From contig CAWCKH010000004.1 of assembly GCA_963796055.1 (NCBI GenBank), positions 1,920,001 to 1,984,000 on the forward strand: a DNA stretch of 64,000 nt. Reading direction: 5' to 3'. Source of the stretch: an uncultured delta proteobacterium (lineage in GTDB: Bacteria; Myxococcota; Myxococcia; Myxococcales; Myxococcaceae). The position numbers and the translations under genes were made by a program. Below, piece by piece: positions 14,101 through 24,259 of the stretch. Position 1 is the stretch's first letter. Each line of letters begins with the position of its first letter. The notes below the pieces were generated by a model, which saw nothing but the letters and a program-made list of their open reading frames with translations, searched no databases and was not told the origin of the DNA.

Positions 14101-15510
14101 TCAGGCTCCGGTGACCACCGTGACCGGGGCGGGGCGGTGCTGGAGCTCCTCGTTGAGCTCCTTCACCTCGCTCACCGCGACCGCGGGAATGAACTTGAGG
14201 AAGAGGAGGAAGCAGGTGCTGAAGAAGCCGATGGTCCCCAGGAAGAGGGTGATGTCCACCCAGGTCGGGTAGTACATGTCCCAGGCGGCGGGCAGGAAAT
14301 CGCGGGTCAGCGAGGTGACGACGATGACGAACCGCTCACACCACATCCCGACGTTTACCAGGATGCTGGCGATGAACATCACCGGGATCGAGGTGCGCGC
14401 CGCCTTGAACCAGAAGATCTGGGGGACGAGCACGTTGCAGAACAGCATCAAGTAATACACGCCGCGGTACGGCCCGGTCGCCCGGTTGAAGAACACGAAC
14501 CACTCGAACTGGTTCCCCGAGTACCAGGCGATGAAGTGCTCCATCAGGTACCCGTAGGAGACCAGCATCCCCGTGGCGAGGATGATCTTGTTCATGTTTT
14601 CCAGGTGCCTCATGGTGATGACGTGCTTCAGGCCCAGGAAGTGCCGCGCCGGGACCATCCAGGACATCACCATGGCGAAGCCGGAGAAGACCGCGCCGGC
14701 CACGAAGTACGGCGGGAAGACGGTGGTGTGCCAGCCGGGGATCAGGCCCACCGCGAAGTCGAAGGAGACGATGGTGTGCACGCTCACCACCAGCGGGGTG
14801 GAGAGCCCCGCCAGCAGGAGGTAGCCGACCTTGTAGTTGTGCCAGTGGCGGCCCGACCCACGCCAGCCGAGGGCGAAGATGCCGTAGACCTTCCGCTGGA
14901 CGAGGCCCTTGCTCGCGTCGCGGAGCGAGGCCAGGTCGGGGATGAGGCCCAGGTACCAGAAGAGCACCGAGACGGTGAAGTAGGTCGACACCGCGAATAC
15001 GTCCCAGACGAGTGGGCTCTTGAACTGCGGCCACATGTTGAGCGTGCTCGGGTAGGGGAACATGAAGTAGGCGAACCACGGCCGCCCGGTGTGGAGCAGG
15101 GGGAACAGCCCTGCGCACATCACCGCGAAGATGGTCATCGCCTCGCTGAAGCGGTTGATGGCGGTGCGCCACCTCTGCTGGAAGAGGAAAAGGATGGCGC
15201 TGATCAGCGTCCCGGCGTGGCCGATGCCGATCCACCACACGAAGTTGGTGATCCCGAAGCCCCAGCCCACCGGGATGTTGTTGCCCCAGGTCCCGATCCC
15301 CACGGCCAGGGTGACGGTGATCGCCAGGAGCATCGCCCCGAGGCCGGCCAGGGCGATGAGGAAGGCGAGTAGCCATCCCTTGTCCGGTCGGGCCCAGACG
15401 TGGGCCAGGAGGTTGCCGGTCAGGGTGGTGTTGTCCTGCTTCCCCACCAGCAAGGGCGCGGAGTCCAGCGGGTCGGCGGCGACGGCCGCCGCGGCGTGTT
15501 CGGCGGCCAT
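14101..15510 (-). CDS. actC: Alternative complex III quinol-oxidising subunit ActC (NrfD/PsrC family)
   Basis: Own start MAAEHA overlapping the true actB stop (TGATG). ITNFVWWIGIGHAGTLISAIL, HTGRPW, SPLVWDVFAV, SVHTIVSFDF, PPYFVAGA, GMWCERF. Confidence 0.93.
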   Translation of the reverse strand: MAAEHAAAAVAADPLDSAPLLVGKQDNTTLTGNLLAHVWARPDKGWLLAFLIALAGLGAMLLAITVTLAVGIGTWGNNIPVGWGFGITNFVWWIGIGHAGTLISAILFLFQQRWRTAINRFSEAMTIFAVMCAGLFPLLHTGRPWFAYFMFPYPSTLNMWPQFKSPLVWDVFAVSTYFTVSVLFWYLGLIPDLASLRDASKGLVQRKVYGIFALGWRGSGRHWHNYKVGYLLLAGLSTPLVVSVHTIVSFDFAVGLIPGWHTTVFPPYFVAGAVFSGFAMVMSWMVPARHFLGLKHVITMRHLENMNKIILATGMLVSYGYLMEHFIAWYSGNQFEWFVFFNRATGPYRGVYYLMLFCNVLVPQIFWFKAARTSIPVMFIASILVNVGMWCERFVIVVTSLTRDFLPAAWDMYYPTWVDITLFLGTIGFFSTCFLLFLKFIPAVAVSEVKELNEELQHRPAPVTVVTGA

Positions 15511-18500
15511 CAGCCGAGCTCCGGGTTGGGGTTCTTGATCTTGGTCAGGTACACGGTTCGAGGCCGGGTGTTCAGCTCGTGGAGCACGTCGAAGCGCCGC
15601 GGATCGGCGTGCCGCCGGCTGACCTGGGATCTCGGGGTCATGGAGCGAGCCGAAGGTCAGCGCGTTGGTGGGGCAAACCTGCTGGCAGGCGGTCTTCAGC
15701 TCGGTGTCGCCGATGGTCCGGTTCTCGAGACGGGCGGCGATCCGGGTGCGCTCGATGCGCTGCACGCAGTACGTGCACTTCTCCATCACCCCTCGGGCGC
15801 GGACGGTCACGTCCGGGTTCATCAGCATCTTCTCCACCTGGCTCTTGTCCTGTGTCCAGTGGAGGTAGTTGAAGTGCCGGACCTTGTAGGGGCAGTTGTT
15901 CGAGCAGTACCGGGTGCCGATGCACCGGTTGTAGACCATGTCGTTGAGGCCCTCGTCCGAGTGGACGGTGGCGTTGACCGGGCACACATACTCGCAGGGG
16001 GCGGTCTCGCAGTGCTGGCAGAACATGGGCTGGTTCACCATCTGCGGTGACTCGGCCGGCCCGGAGTAGTACCGGTCCATGCGGATCCACTGCATCTCGC
16101 GCCCGTGCCCCACCTGGGTCTTGCCCACCACCGGGATGTTGTTCTCCGCCTGGCAAGCCACCACGCAGGCGCTGCACCCGGTGCAGCGGCTCATGTCCAC
16201 CGACATCGCCCACTTGTACGGCTGCTTCGAGTAGTCGATCGCCGGCTGGACCGAGGGGAGCACCCTGCCCGGCAGCTCCCTGCCGCCGGGCTGTTTCACC
16301 GGGGGCCGGAGCTCGGCCGCCTCGGGGTGCTGCAGGAACTCCTCCAGGGTCTGCATCAGCGCGATGGGGCGGCCCTCGGTGACGTTGTGCACCTGGGTGG
16401 TGCTGATCGGGTAGCGGCGGCCGAGCTTCTTCACCTCCAGCCCGGGGACGAACCAGGGGCTGGCGGCGGAGCGAAGCGGGTACACGTCATGGCCCACCAC
16501 CACCGGCTCGTCGGCGTCCTTCACCCCCAGGGTCTGCTGCTTGCGGCCGTAGCCGAGCGACACCGTGACCGCCTCGTCGGAGTGGCCAGGCTGTACCCAG
16601 GCCGGGACCTGGACCGAGCGCCCGGAGACGGTGAGCTGAAGCAGATCGCCGTTCTCGATCTCCAGCTGCCTGGCCAGGCCCGGGCCGATCTGGGCCACGT
16701 TGTCCCAGGTGACCTTGGTGATCGGGTCGGGCAGCTCCTGGAGCCAGCTGTTCAGCGCGTACCGGCCGTCGAGGAGCTTGTAGTCGTGGACCAGGTCCAG
16801 CTCCAGGCCGCCCGGGGCCGGGCGGGCCTGCCCGGCGGCGGCGCGCACCCGGTCCGCCTGCAGAGCGGGGGTGACCGGAGCGCTGGCCGTGCCCGGGACC
16901 ACGCCGGTCGCCAGCCAGACCTCCCACTCGCTGTCGAAGTCACCCTTGGCCCGCGAGGCGTGCAATGACTTCAGCCGGTCGTAGGGCTTGGTCTCGTCGG
17001 TGAGGAAGGCCGAGAGGAGCTCCGCCTCGGAGACGCCCCCGAACAGCGGCTGGATGAGCGGCTGGACGATGGACAGCGTGCCCTCTCGGCTGCGGGCATC
17101 GCCCCAGCTCTCGAAGGGGTGCGCCGCGGGGAGGAACCAGTTCACCACCCGCGAGGTCTCGTCGTCGTGGAGCCCGAGGTAGACGGCGTTGGGCACCTTG
17201 CGGAGGAGGCCCACCAGGTCCACGTCGCCCGGGCTGGTGAACACCGGGTTCCAGGCGGTGATGACCAGGGTGTCCACCTTGCCGGCCCGCAGCTCGTCGA
17301 CCAGCGGCTGCCAGCTGGAGCGTCCGGTGGCGGTGTCCAGCACCGCCGGCTCGGTGAAGGTGACGGTGGTGCCCACCCCTCCGAGCGTGGCGTTGATCGC
17401 CTGGGCCACCGCGTGGGTGAGCACGGTCTGTCGCTCGCCGGGGATGACCAGCGCCGCGCCGCGCTTGCCGGCGAGGTCCCTGGCCACCGCGGTGATGAAC
17501 TTCGCCCGCTCTCCGCTCACGGCGGCCGGGCTGCGGAAGCCGGAGAGCGCAGGGACGGTCTTTCCCAGCTCGGCGGCCAGGGCCAGGGCGAAGGCCTCGA
17601 TGTCGGCGCTGCGCAGCCGCAGCCGATGGTCGGCCATGCCGCCGGTGATGCTGAACCGGGTCTCGACCACGTAGAGCCGGTTCAGCCCCGCCGGGTGCTG
17701 CGGCTCGCGGCGGTTGGCGTAGCCGAGGTTCTGGTCGATGGTGTCGGGGCGGGCCTCGAGGAAGTCGGCGTCGAGCGAGACGATGACGTCGGCCTTCTCG
17801 ATGAGGTAGTGGGGCTCGAGGGCCTTGCCGAAGGCGAGCGCGGTGCCGTCGTACACCGCGTCGCGCGGGGTCGCGCTCCAGGCGTGGAACTTTGCCCTGG
17901 GGAAGCGCTGGGTGATGGCCTCGCGGAGCGACCCGGTCAGGGGCGAGCTGGTCGGTCCGGAGAGGAAGCGGAGACCGGCGCCGCCATCCTTCTCCCATGC
18001 GCCGGAGCGGACGCGCATCGCCTCGCGGAACCCACGCCAGCTGCGCCCGGCGCCGCGCTCCTTGAGCACCCGGGCGCGGAACGGATCATAGAGGGTGGCC
18101 AGCTCGGCCTGCGCCTGTGGACCGGTGGCTCCCCGGGAGACGGGGTGGCTGGGGTTGCCCTCCACCTTCACCGGCCGGCCCTCCCAGCTGGTGGCCAGGA
18201 CCCCCAGGGCGAGCCCGTCCTGCACCAGGGCGGTGGCAAAGTGGAGTGGGTTTCCGGGGACCAGCCCGTCCGGCGCCTTGGTGTAGGCGAGGATCTTCTC
18301 CACCGGCTTCTCGGTGCAGGCGGTGAGGCCCGCCAGCGCCACCGAGGCGCCCATCAGCTGGAGGAAGTCACGCCGGGCGAAGCCCTTGGGCACGTCGAAG
18401 GCGCCGGGGGGGAACTCCTGATCGGCGTGCGGGAGCGCGGCCTCGCCATGGAGCTGCTCCTCCATGCTGCGCCAGTAGGTGCGGCCATAGCCGTGCTCGG

Positions 18501-18612
18501 AGCCGGGCTGGCGGCCGAGGGCGAAGCTGGCCTCGTCCGGGATGTCGACCGCGTCGGGCTCGACAGAGGCGCTCGTGCCGAGCACCGGGAGCGGGAACCG
18601 GGGAGTGGTCAT
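15510..18612 (-). CDS. actB: Alternative complex III subunit ActB (molybdopterin-oxidoreductase-like + Fe-S domain); +1 frameshift at ~15630
   Basis: YWRS, Tat motif ARRDFLQLMG followed by LTAC, GRP.KVEGNP.HP; Fe-S motifs CTGCSACVVAC, CQHC..APCE.VCP, CIGTRYCSNNCP, KCTYC..ACQQVCP. The conserved end (VLHELNTRPRTVYLTKIKNPNPELG*) is in the shifted frame. Confidence 0.92.
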
Positions 18613-19262
18613 CGGTGACATGCGTCGCAGGAGATCCGCGTGTGGACGTTGTACTGCTGGGCCAGCTGGGTCCCGAGCCTCTGCCGGTCCACGGCAGGGT
18701 CCGGCTTCCAGGTCATGCTGGTCATGAACTCCACGGGCCGGAGCTGTGGCTCGGGGTTGCGGTGGCAGTCCACGCACCAGCCCATGGAGAGCGGCGCCTT
18801 CTGGTCGAGGACCGCCATCTGATCGACCCGGCCGTGGCAGGTCACACAGCCCACGCCCTTGTTCACGTGGATCGCGTGGTTGAAGTAGACGTAATCGGGG
18901 AGGTTGTGGACCGAGTTCCAGGGGATGGGTCGGTCCTTGAAGTAGTACTCCCGCACCAGCCCGAGCAGCGGGCTCTTGTTCCACACCTGCGCGTGGCAGC
19001 TCATGCAGATGGTGGTGGAGGGCAGGCCGGGGTAGGGGCTCTTCTCCACCGTGTAGTGGCAGTAGCGGCAGTCGATCCCCTCGTCACCGACGTGGTGGCG
19101 GTGGTCGAACTCGATGGGCTGGACGACCGCGCGGTCCTGCTTGGTGCCCCAGGTGGAGCGGACGACGATCATCAGTCCGGCAATCGCAACCGCGGGAAGC
19201 GCCAGGAGCAGCACGCCCGTGAGGCGTGAGACCGTATTCGTCCAGCGTGGGAAAAGGGGCAT
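18609..19262 (-). CDS. actA: Alternative complex III pentaheme cytochrome c ActA
   Basis: N-terminal TM; five CxxCH motifs (CRYCH, CMSCH, CVTCH, CVDCH, CDACH); QPIEFDH, LPDYVYFNH. Confidence 0.93.
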   Translation of the reverse strand: MPLFPRWTNTVSRLTGVLLLALPAVAIAGLMIVVRSTWGTKQDRAVVQPIEFDHRHHVGDEGIDCRYCHYTVEKSPYPGLPSTTICMSCHAQVWNKSPLLGLVREYYFKDRPIPWNSVHNLPDYVYFNHAIHVNKGVGCVTCHGRVDQMAVLDQKAPLSMGWCVDCHRNPEPQLRPVEFMTSMTWKPDPAVDRQRLGTQLAQQYNVHTRISCDACHR

Positions 19263-19308
19263 CTCGTGGCCTGACGATCGGGGGGAGAGCGCAGAATCTG
19301 CGGGGCGC

Positions 19309-19337
19309 GTTCTACGGAACGGCAGGCCAACCTTCAA
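19309..19337 (-). promoter_or_regulatory. Possible sigma70-type promoter of the act-cta operon
   Basis: Minus strand TTGAAG-N17-TAGAAC, ~45 bp upstream of the actA start; imperfect match. Confidence 0.3.
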
Positions 19338-19494
19338 TGTCTAAGTCGCGGTGATCCCTCGTTCGGCGTCATCGACGCCTGTAGCTCGAGTTAGGTCAAG
19401 GCGGCCGCAGGCGAGGTCCGGGTGAGGGTGTCGTCAAGCGGGCTGCAGTCGGGAGGTCCAGGCGGCCGCAGGCGCGGGGCGGGCAGCCTCAGGT

Positions 19495-20292
19495 TCACCG
19501 GGGAGGAACGAGCCGGTCGGCATTTCCGGAGAAGACGGCCTGCTCCTCCGCGGCACCCAGGCCGAGCCCGCGCACGTGCCCGACCACGTCGGCGAAAGGA
19601 ATGCCCAGGCTCGGCAGGTCCGAGCCGAAGAGGATCTTATCCGTCATCCCGGCGAGCTCGCCGGGTCCCAGCGGGACCGGATGGAACAGCACCGGGGTCA
19701 GGTCGCCGTGGAGCGAGCGGTGGCGGTGAAGCACGGCGAGTGCCTCGCGCACCGACGGGGCAGCGAGGTGGGCGAGCACGATGCGCGCCTCGGGCCAGGC
19801 GGTCGCCACCCGCTCGAGCGTGGCCAGCTCCTCGGGCTCGGTGGGCCCCACCGGCGAGTGGCCGAGGTGCACCACCACCGGAATTCCGCGCTCCGACACC
19901 CGGGCCCACAGGGGCACCAGCCGCTCGTCGTCGAGCGAGAAGTGACCCACCGCGCAGTGGAGCTTGAACAGTCGAAGGCCGAGCCCGAGCGCCTCGTCCG
20001 CCACCCGGGCCACGTCGTCGCCGGGGTGCACGGTGGCCCCGGGCTCGACGAGCGCATCGCCGCCCCAGGTCTCGGCCATCCAGCGGTTGAGCGCCTCGGC
20101 AGCGCCCGGGCGACGGACGTAGGGGAGCGACCAGCAGCGGGCGACGCCGGCCTCGCGGAGCGCGGCGTGGGCGACCTCGGGCTCCGGGGCGTAGGGGAAC
20201 GACTCGGGCGGGAGGGCCTGGGTGAAGTAAGCGCGGATGGCGCGGCCGAGCCGGTCGGGGAGGAGGTGGGTGTGGGCATCGACGATGCGCAC
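19495..20292 (-). CDS. Amidohydrolase_2 family metal-dependent hydrolase
   Basis: IVDAHTH, FKLH, VVVHLG, IVLAH, ILFGSDLP. Confidence 0.88.
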   Translation of the reverse strand: MRIVDAHTHLLPDRLGRAIRAYFTQALPPESFPYAPEPEVAHAALREAGVARCWSLPYVRRPGAAEALNRWMAETWGGDALVEPGATVHPGDDVARVADEALGLGLRLFKLHCAVGHFSLDDERLVPLWARVSERGIPVVVHLGHSPVGPTEPEELATLERVATAWPEARIVLAHLAAPSVREALAVLHRHRSLHGDLTPVLFHPVPLGPGELAGMTDKILFGSDLPSLGIPFADVVGHVRGLGLGAAEEQAVFSGNADRLVPPR

Positions 20293-20357
20293 GGCGCCGG
20301 ATGTAACCCCGGGGCCACCCGCCGTGGCCAGCTCCGGTCAAGCCGCTCGGCCGCCGT

Positions 20358-21971
20358 TCACCGGTCCACGGGGTGAGCAGCCCCGGGGATCATCCGTTTC
20401 AGGCCCTCCAGCGTGTCCGCCTCGCTGGCCGGCTTGTCGGTCCGCCAGCGGGCAATGCGGGGAAAGCGCACCGCGACCCCGGACTTGTGTCGTGTGGACC
20501 GGGCAATCCCCTCGAAGTGCAGCTCGAAGACCTGGCTCGGCTCGACCGCCCGCACTGGCCCGAAGCGCTGCAGGGTGTGCGAGCGCACCCACCCGTCGAG
20601 CGTGCGGATCTCCGCGTCGCTCAGCCCGGAGTACGCCTTGGCCACCGGAACCAGCGTCCCCTCGTTCCAGACCGCGAAGGTGTAGTCGGTGAAGAGGTTG
20701 GCCCGGCGCCCATTGCCGGGGTGGGCGTAGAGCAGCACCGCGTCCACCTGGAAGGGGTCGATCTTCCACTTCCACCAGTCCCCGCGGCGGCGGCCGGTGC
20801 GGTACGGCGAGTCGAGGCGCTTGAGCATCAGCCCCTCCACCTTCCGCTCGCGGGCCTCGCGGCGGCGCCCGGCGAGCGCCTCCCAGCTCGGCTCGGCGAG
20901 CACCTCGGAGACGAAGAAGCGGCGGTGCCGTCCGGCGAGCAACGCCTCGAGCCGCGCGCGGCGCTCGGACAGGGGCAGCTCGCGCAGGTCCCGCCCCTCC
21001 TCCTCGAGCAGGTCGTAGGCCATGAAGGCCGCCGGCGCCCGGGCGAGAATCTTCGGGGTCAAGGTCTGCCGCCCGATGCGCGTCTGGAGCAGGGCGAACG
21101 GCAGTGGACGGTCCTCGCCGTAGGCCAGCACCTCGCCGTCGAGCACCGTGCCCTCGGGGAGGGTCTGGCCGGCCTCGACCACCTCGGGGAAGCGCTCGGT
21201 GATCAGCTCCTCGCCCCGCGACCAGAGGAACACCTTGCCCGCGCGCCGGATGAGCTGGCCGCGGATGCCGTCCCACTTCCACTCGGCCTGCCAGGCGGTG
21301 CGGTCGCCCAGCGACTCCGGCACCTCCTCGAGCGGCGAGGCGAGAAAGAAGGGGTAGGGCCGCGAGGCGTCGTCGGTGACGTGCTCGCGGGCGAGGATAC
21401 GCTCCAGGAACTCGGCCGTCGGCGTCCAGTCGCCCATCGTCCGCTGGGCGAGGAGCGCCGGGGGGAGCCCCGCCACCTCGGCCAGCGCGCGCAGGACGAG
21501 GGTGGCCGAGACCCCGACCCGGAGCTCCCCGGTCAGCAGCTTGTTGAGGAGGAACAGCTCGCGCCGGTCGAGCGTGCTCCACCAGCCGGTCACCCGGGCC
21601 CGCTGCTCCTCGGGGTCGAGCCCGCGCAGGGGAAGGATGCGCTGCTCCATCCACTCCGACAGCGGGGTCTCGTCGGGATGGGTGACCCGCGTGCCGTCTT
21701 CGAGCAGCAGCGCGATGCACTCGGCCAGGTCGCCCACCACCGCGTAGCTCTCGCCGAAGAGCCAGTCCGGCGTCCCGGTGAGCTCGAGCGTCCACCCCAC
21801 CAGCGCCCGCGTCCCCAGGAGCCGCTTCGGCCGCCGCCCGGTGAGGAACCACAGCGCCCAGGCCGCGTCGCGGGGAGGCGCCTCGCGGAAGTACCGGGCC
21901 ATCGCGTCCACCTTGGCCAGGGTGGAGGTGGTCGAGTCGAGCGCCTCGTACAGGTCGGCGAAGCGCTTCAC
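20358..21971 (-). CDS. ATP-dependent DNA ligase (ligase-associated DNA-damage-response type)
   Basis: GTG start KRFADLY..LD; VGDLAE, EWKWDGIRGQ (adenylated Lys), LDGE, EGLMLK, WWKWK, TDYTF, RHKSG.AVRFPRI.RWR.DK. Confidence 0.93.
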   Translation of the reverse strand: MKRFADLYEALDSTTSTLAKVDAMARYFREAPPRDAAWALWFLTGRRPKRLLGTRALVGWTLELTGTPDWLFGESYAVVGDLAECIALLLEDGTRVTHPDETPLSEWMEQRILPLRGLDPEEQRARVTGWWSTLDRRELFLLNKLLTGELRVGVSATLVLRALAEVAGLPPALLAQRTMGDWTPTAEFLERILAREHVTDDASRPYPFFLASPLEEVPESLGDRTAWQAEWKWDGIRGQLIRRAGKVFLWSRGEELITERFPEVVEAGQTLPEGTVLDGEVLAYGEDRPLPFALLQTRIGRQTLTPKILARAPAAFMAYDLLEEEGRDLRELPLSERRARLEALLAGRHRRFFVSEVLAEPSWEALAGRRREARERKVEGLMLKRLDSPYRTGRRRGDWWKWKIDPFQVDAVLLYAHPGNGRRANLFTDYTFAVWNEGTLVPVAKAYSGLSDAEIRTLDGWVRSHTLQRFGPVRAVEPSQVFELHFEGIARSTRHKSGVAVRFPRIARWRTDKPASEADTLEGLKRMIPGAAHPVDR

Positions 21972-24259
21972 GGGGAAAAGACCAGCGGCCGGCCCACCGC
22001 GGGCGCGTGCAGCCGGGTGCGTTGCCCGTCCAGGTCGCCCTCCAGCCAGTCCCGCTGCTGGTCGGTACGGTGGGGGCTGCCGACGTGGCTCGAGGTGCCC
22101 AGCGGCAGCACCAGGGTGGTGCCCTCGGGGTCCGCGAGGTCGACCACCAGGCGCATGCTCTGCCCGAACTGCGGCGTGGCCACGCGGACGCATCGATCGC
22201 ATCCGGAGAGCGGCGGCGCGGGCGGGTTGAAGATCCAGCCGAGGACGCCCCCGGAGCGGCCGAAGGGGTGCTTCACCGCCAGCCGGTTCTCCTCGCCCCA
22301 GGCGGGTCCATCGAGCCGGACGTCGCCCACCGCGGCGCCGAGGACCGCGTCGCGATCGCCGAGGCCCGCCTTCCTCCATGACTCTGCCGGGGCGCGGACG
22401 CCGGCGAGCAAGGTCGGGTCGCTGTTGTACCAGCCGAGCTGCGCGGGGGTGAGGGTGGAGCCCTTCAGGGCGGCGGCGGCGATCGCCTCGTAGGCACGCC
22501 TTCTCACCTCCTCGGCGGCCCGGAACAGGCGCGAGTCGGCGCTGGCCCGGCCGTCCCAGCCGGCCAGGGCCTTCGCCAGCTCCGGGCGGAGCAAGGGGGC
22601 GAGCCGCTCCACCACCTCGCGATGGACGATGCCCACGGTGTCCAGCTGCATCGCCCGGATGGAGCGCACATCGTGCCCTTCGCCCGCGACCAGGGCGCTG
22701 ATGCGACGGGCCCGGGTCGGCGATGCCCAGGAGGAGGGCCAGCGGAGGCCGCTGGCCGTGCCGATGAGGCGCTGGTTGGCGGTGACCACCCGGCCGGAGG
22801 ATGGGTCGAGCACCCGCGGCATCTGCGCCGGCGGCAGGTAGCCGGACCAGTCCTTCCCGGTGCCCACCCCGTCGCGCGGCAGGCGTCCGTCGTCACCCGG
22901 GGCACGGAGCGGAAGAACTCCGGCCGCCCGCCAGCCGATGTGTCCATCCACGTCCGCGTAGAGAACGTTCTGGCCCGGACCGAGGAAGTCGTCGGCGGCG
23001 GCGTTGAAGCTCGCCCAGTCGGTGGCGAGATTCAGCTTCCGGACCGGCAGCCGGAGCGTCGAGGCGTCGAGCGCCGCCCAGTGCAGCGCGAGGCCCGGGC
23101 GCACCATGGGCCCGTGCCGGCCAATCGAGACCTCGAGCGTCTCGGTGGGCCCGCCCTTCACCTCGATCCGCTCCACCCGCCGGTCCACGGCGGGCTCGCG
23201 GTAGAGGTCCTGGACGTCGGTTCCGGTGTTGGTGAAGCCGATGGCCAGCCGGTCGTTCTGGAAGACCACCACCCCGGGCAGTCCGGGCAGGCTCACGCCC
23301 TGCACCCACCGCTGCACCCTGCCGTCGGTCCCGAGCAGCTCGATGCGCAGCGGGTACCAGGTGCCCGGCGCGGTGAACCCGAGGTGCATGTCGTCCGCCA
23401 GGATGGGCTTGCCGCGTGCGGTGTGGGCGCCGGAGATGACCCAGCCGTTGCTGCCCACCTCGGGTGGAGTCGCCCACCCGGACGGTTGCAGCGGCACGCC
23501 CAGCACCTCCAGCGGCTTGGGCCGGGGAGGGAGCGAGACCGGCGCGGGTGACGGCGCCCCGCGGGTGAGCAGGGCCGCGGTGCTCGGTGCCGGTCGGGGC
23601 TCGGCATCGGGGATGACCAGCACGTCGTCGGTGCTGACGTCGGGAAGCAGGAAGCTGCGGCGCTCGGAGGGGAGCGCAGCCAGCGCCTCGGCCGTCAGCT
23701 CGTTCTCCCAGCTCTCCGAGAGCTGCTGGTGCATGAGGAGCAGGACCCGGATGGAGTCGGCCGCGGTCCAGGGCCGAGGCTCGAGCGCGAGGAGCTGGAA
23801 CTCGAGTCCCCAGTGCCCCGGGCGCGCGCCGATGAAGGCGTTGATGCCGTCGGCGAGCGCCTGGGCATCCTCCCGCTCCTCGGGCGGGAGGCGTCGCACC
23901 GCCTCCTCGGCCAGCGGGGCAAATCCGTAGACGCGCTGCCGACGGTCGAGCGGGAGCGCGGCAGAGCCCACCAGGGCCGAGACCTCGCCCCCCGCGACGC
24001 GCCGGGCGAGCTCCATCTGGAACAGCCGATCGCGTGCCTGGAGAAAGCCCTCGACCCGGAGGGCGTCGGCCACCGAGCAGGCCCTCACCGTCGGAATGCC
24101 CCGGGCGTCGAAGGTGACCTCCACCCGCGCCCCGAGGCCGGGAATCCGCGGGGTGCTCCCGTCCGGCAGCTGCCCGCGGACGTCGATGATGGCGACCACC
24201 GCGGCGATGACCAGCAGCGCCAGGACCAGGACGCCGGTGCGTCGGGCCCAGGTCCTCAT
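21968..24259 (-). CDS. Penicillin acylase/Ntn-hydrolase family protein with N-terminal membrane anchor
   Basis: D..GIP, A.DRLFQME..RR...G, GSNGW (Ser nucleophile), GKPILADDMHL, QN..YAD..GHIG, TANQR, S.R.VVDL. Confidence 0.9.
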   Translation of the reverse strand: MRTWARRTGVLVLALLVIAAVVAIIDVRGQLPDGSTPRIPGLGARVEVTFDARGIPTVRACSVADALRVEGFLQARDRLFQMELARRVAGGEVSALVGSAALPLDRRQRVYGFAPLAEEAVRRLPPEEREDAQALADGINAFIGARPGHWGLEFQLLALEPRPWTAADSIRVLLLMHQQLSESWENELTAEALAALPSERRSFLLPDVSTDDVLVIPDAEPRPAPSTAALLTRGAPSPAPVSLPPRPKPLEVLGVPLQPSGWATPPEVGSNGWVISGAHTARGKPILADDMHLGFTAPGTWYPLRIELLGTDGRVQRWVQGVSLPGLPGVVVFQNDRLAIGFTNTGTDVQDLYREPAVDRRVERIEVKGGPTETLEVSIGRHGPMVRPGLALHWAALDASTLRLPVRKLNLATDWASFNAAADDFLGPGQNVLYADVDGHIGWRAAGVLPLRAPGDDGRLPRDGVGTGKDWSGYLPPAQMPRVLDPSSGRVVTANQRLIGTASGLRWPSSWASPTRARRISALVAGEGHDVRSIRAMQLDTVGIVHREVVERLAPLLRPELAKALAGWDGRASADSRLFRAAEEVRRRAYEAIAAAALKGSTLTPAQLGWYNSDPTLLAGVRAPAESWRKAGLGDRDAVLGAAVGDVRLDGPAWGEENRLAVKHPFGRSGGVLGWIFNPPAPPLSGCDRCVRVATPQFGQSMRLVVDLADPEGTTLVLPLGTSSHVGSPHRTDQQRDWLEGDLDGQRTRLHAPAVGRPLVFSP

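Noticed and set aside
14101..18984. 1627-aa ORF suggesting a novel ActB-ActC fusion
   Set aside because: The conserved ActB C-terminus, its stop and the overlapping actC ATG (TGATG at 15508-15512) are intact in another frame. One extra base at ~15630 creates the apparent fusion, and the ORF's 5' end runs out of frame through actA.
19386..19399. FNR/CRP-like box TCGAG-TTAG-GTCAA upstream of actA
   Set aside because: Three mismatches to TTGAT-N4-ATCAA; too weak to call without comparative data.
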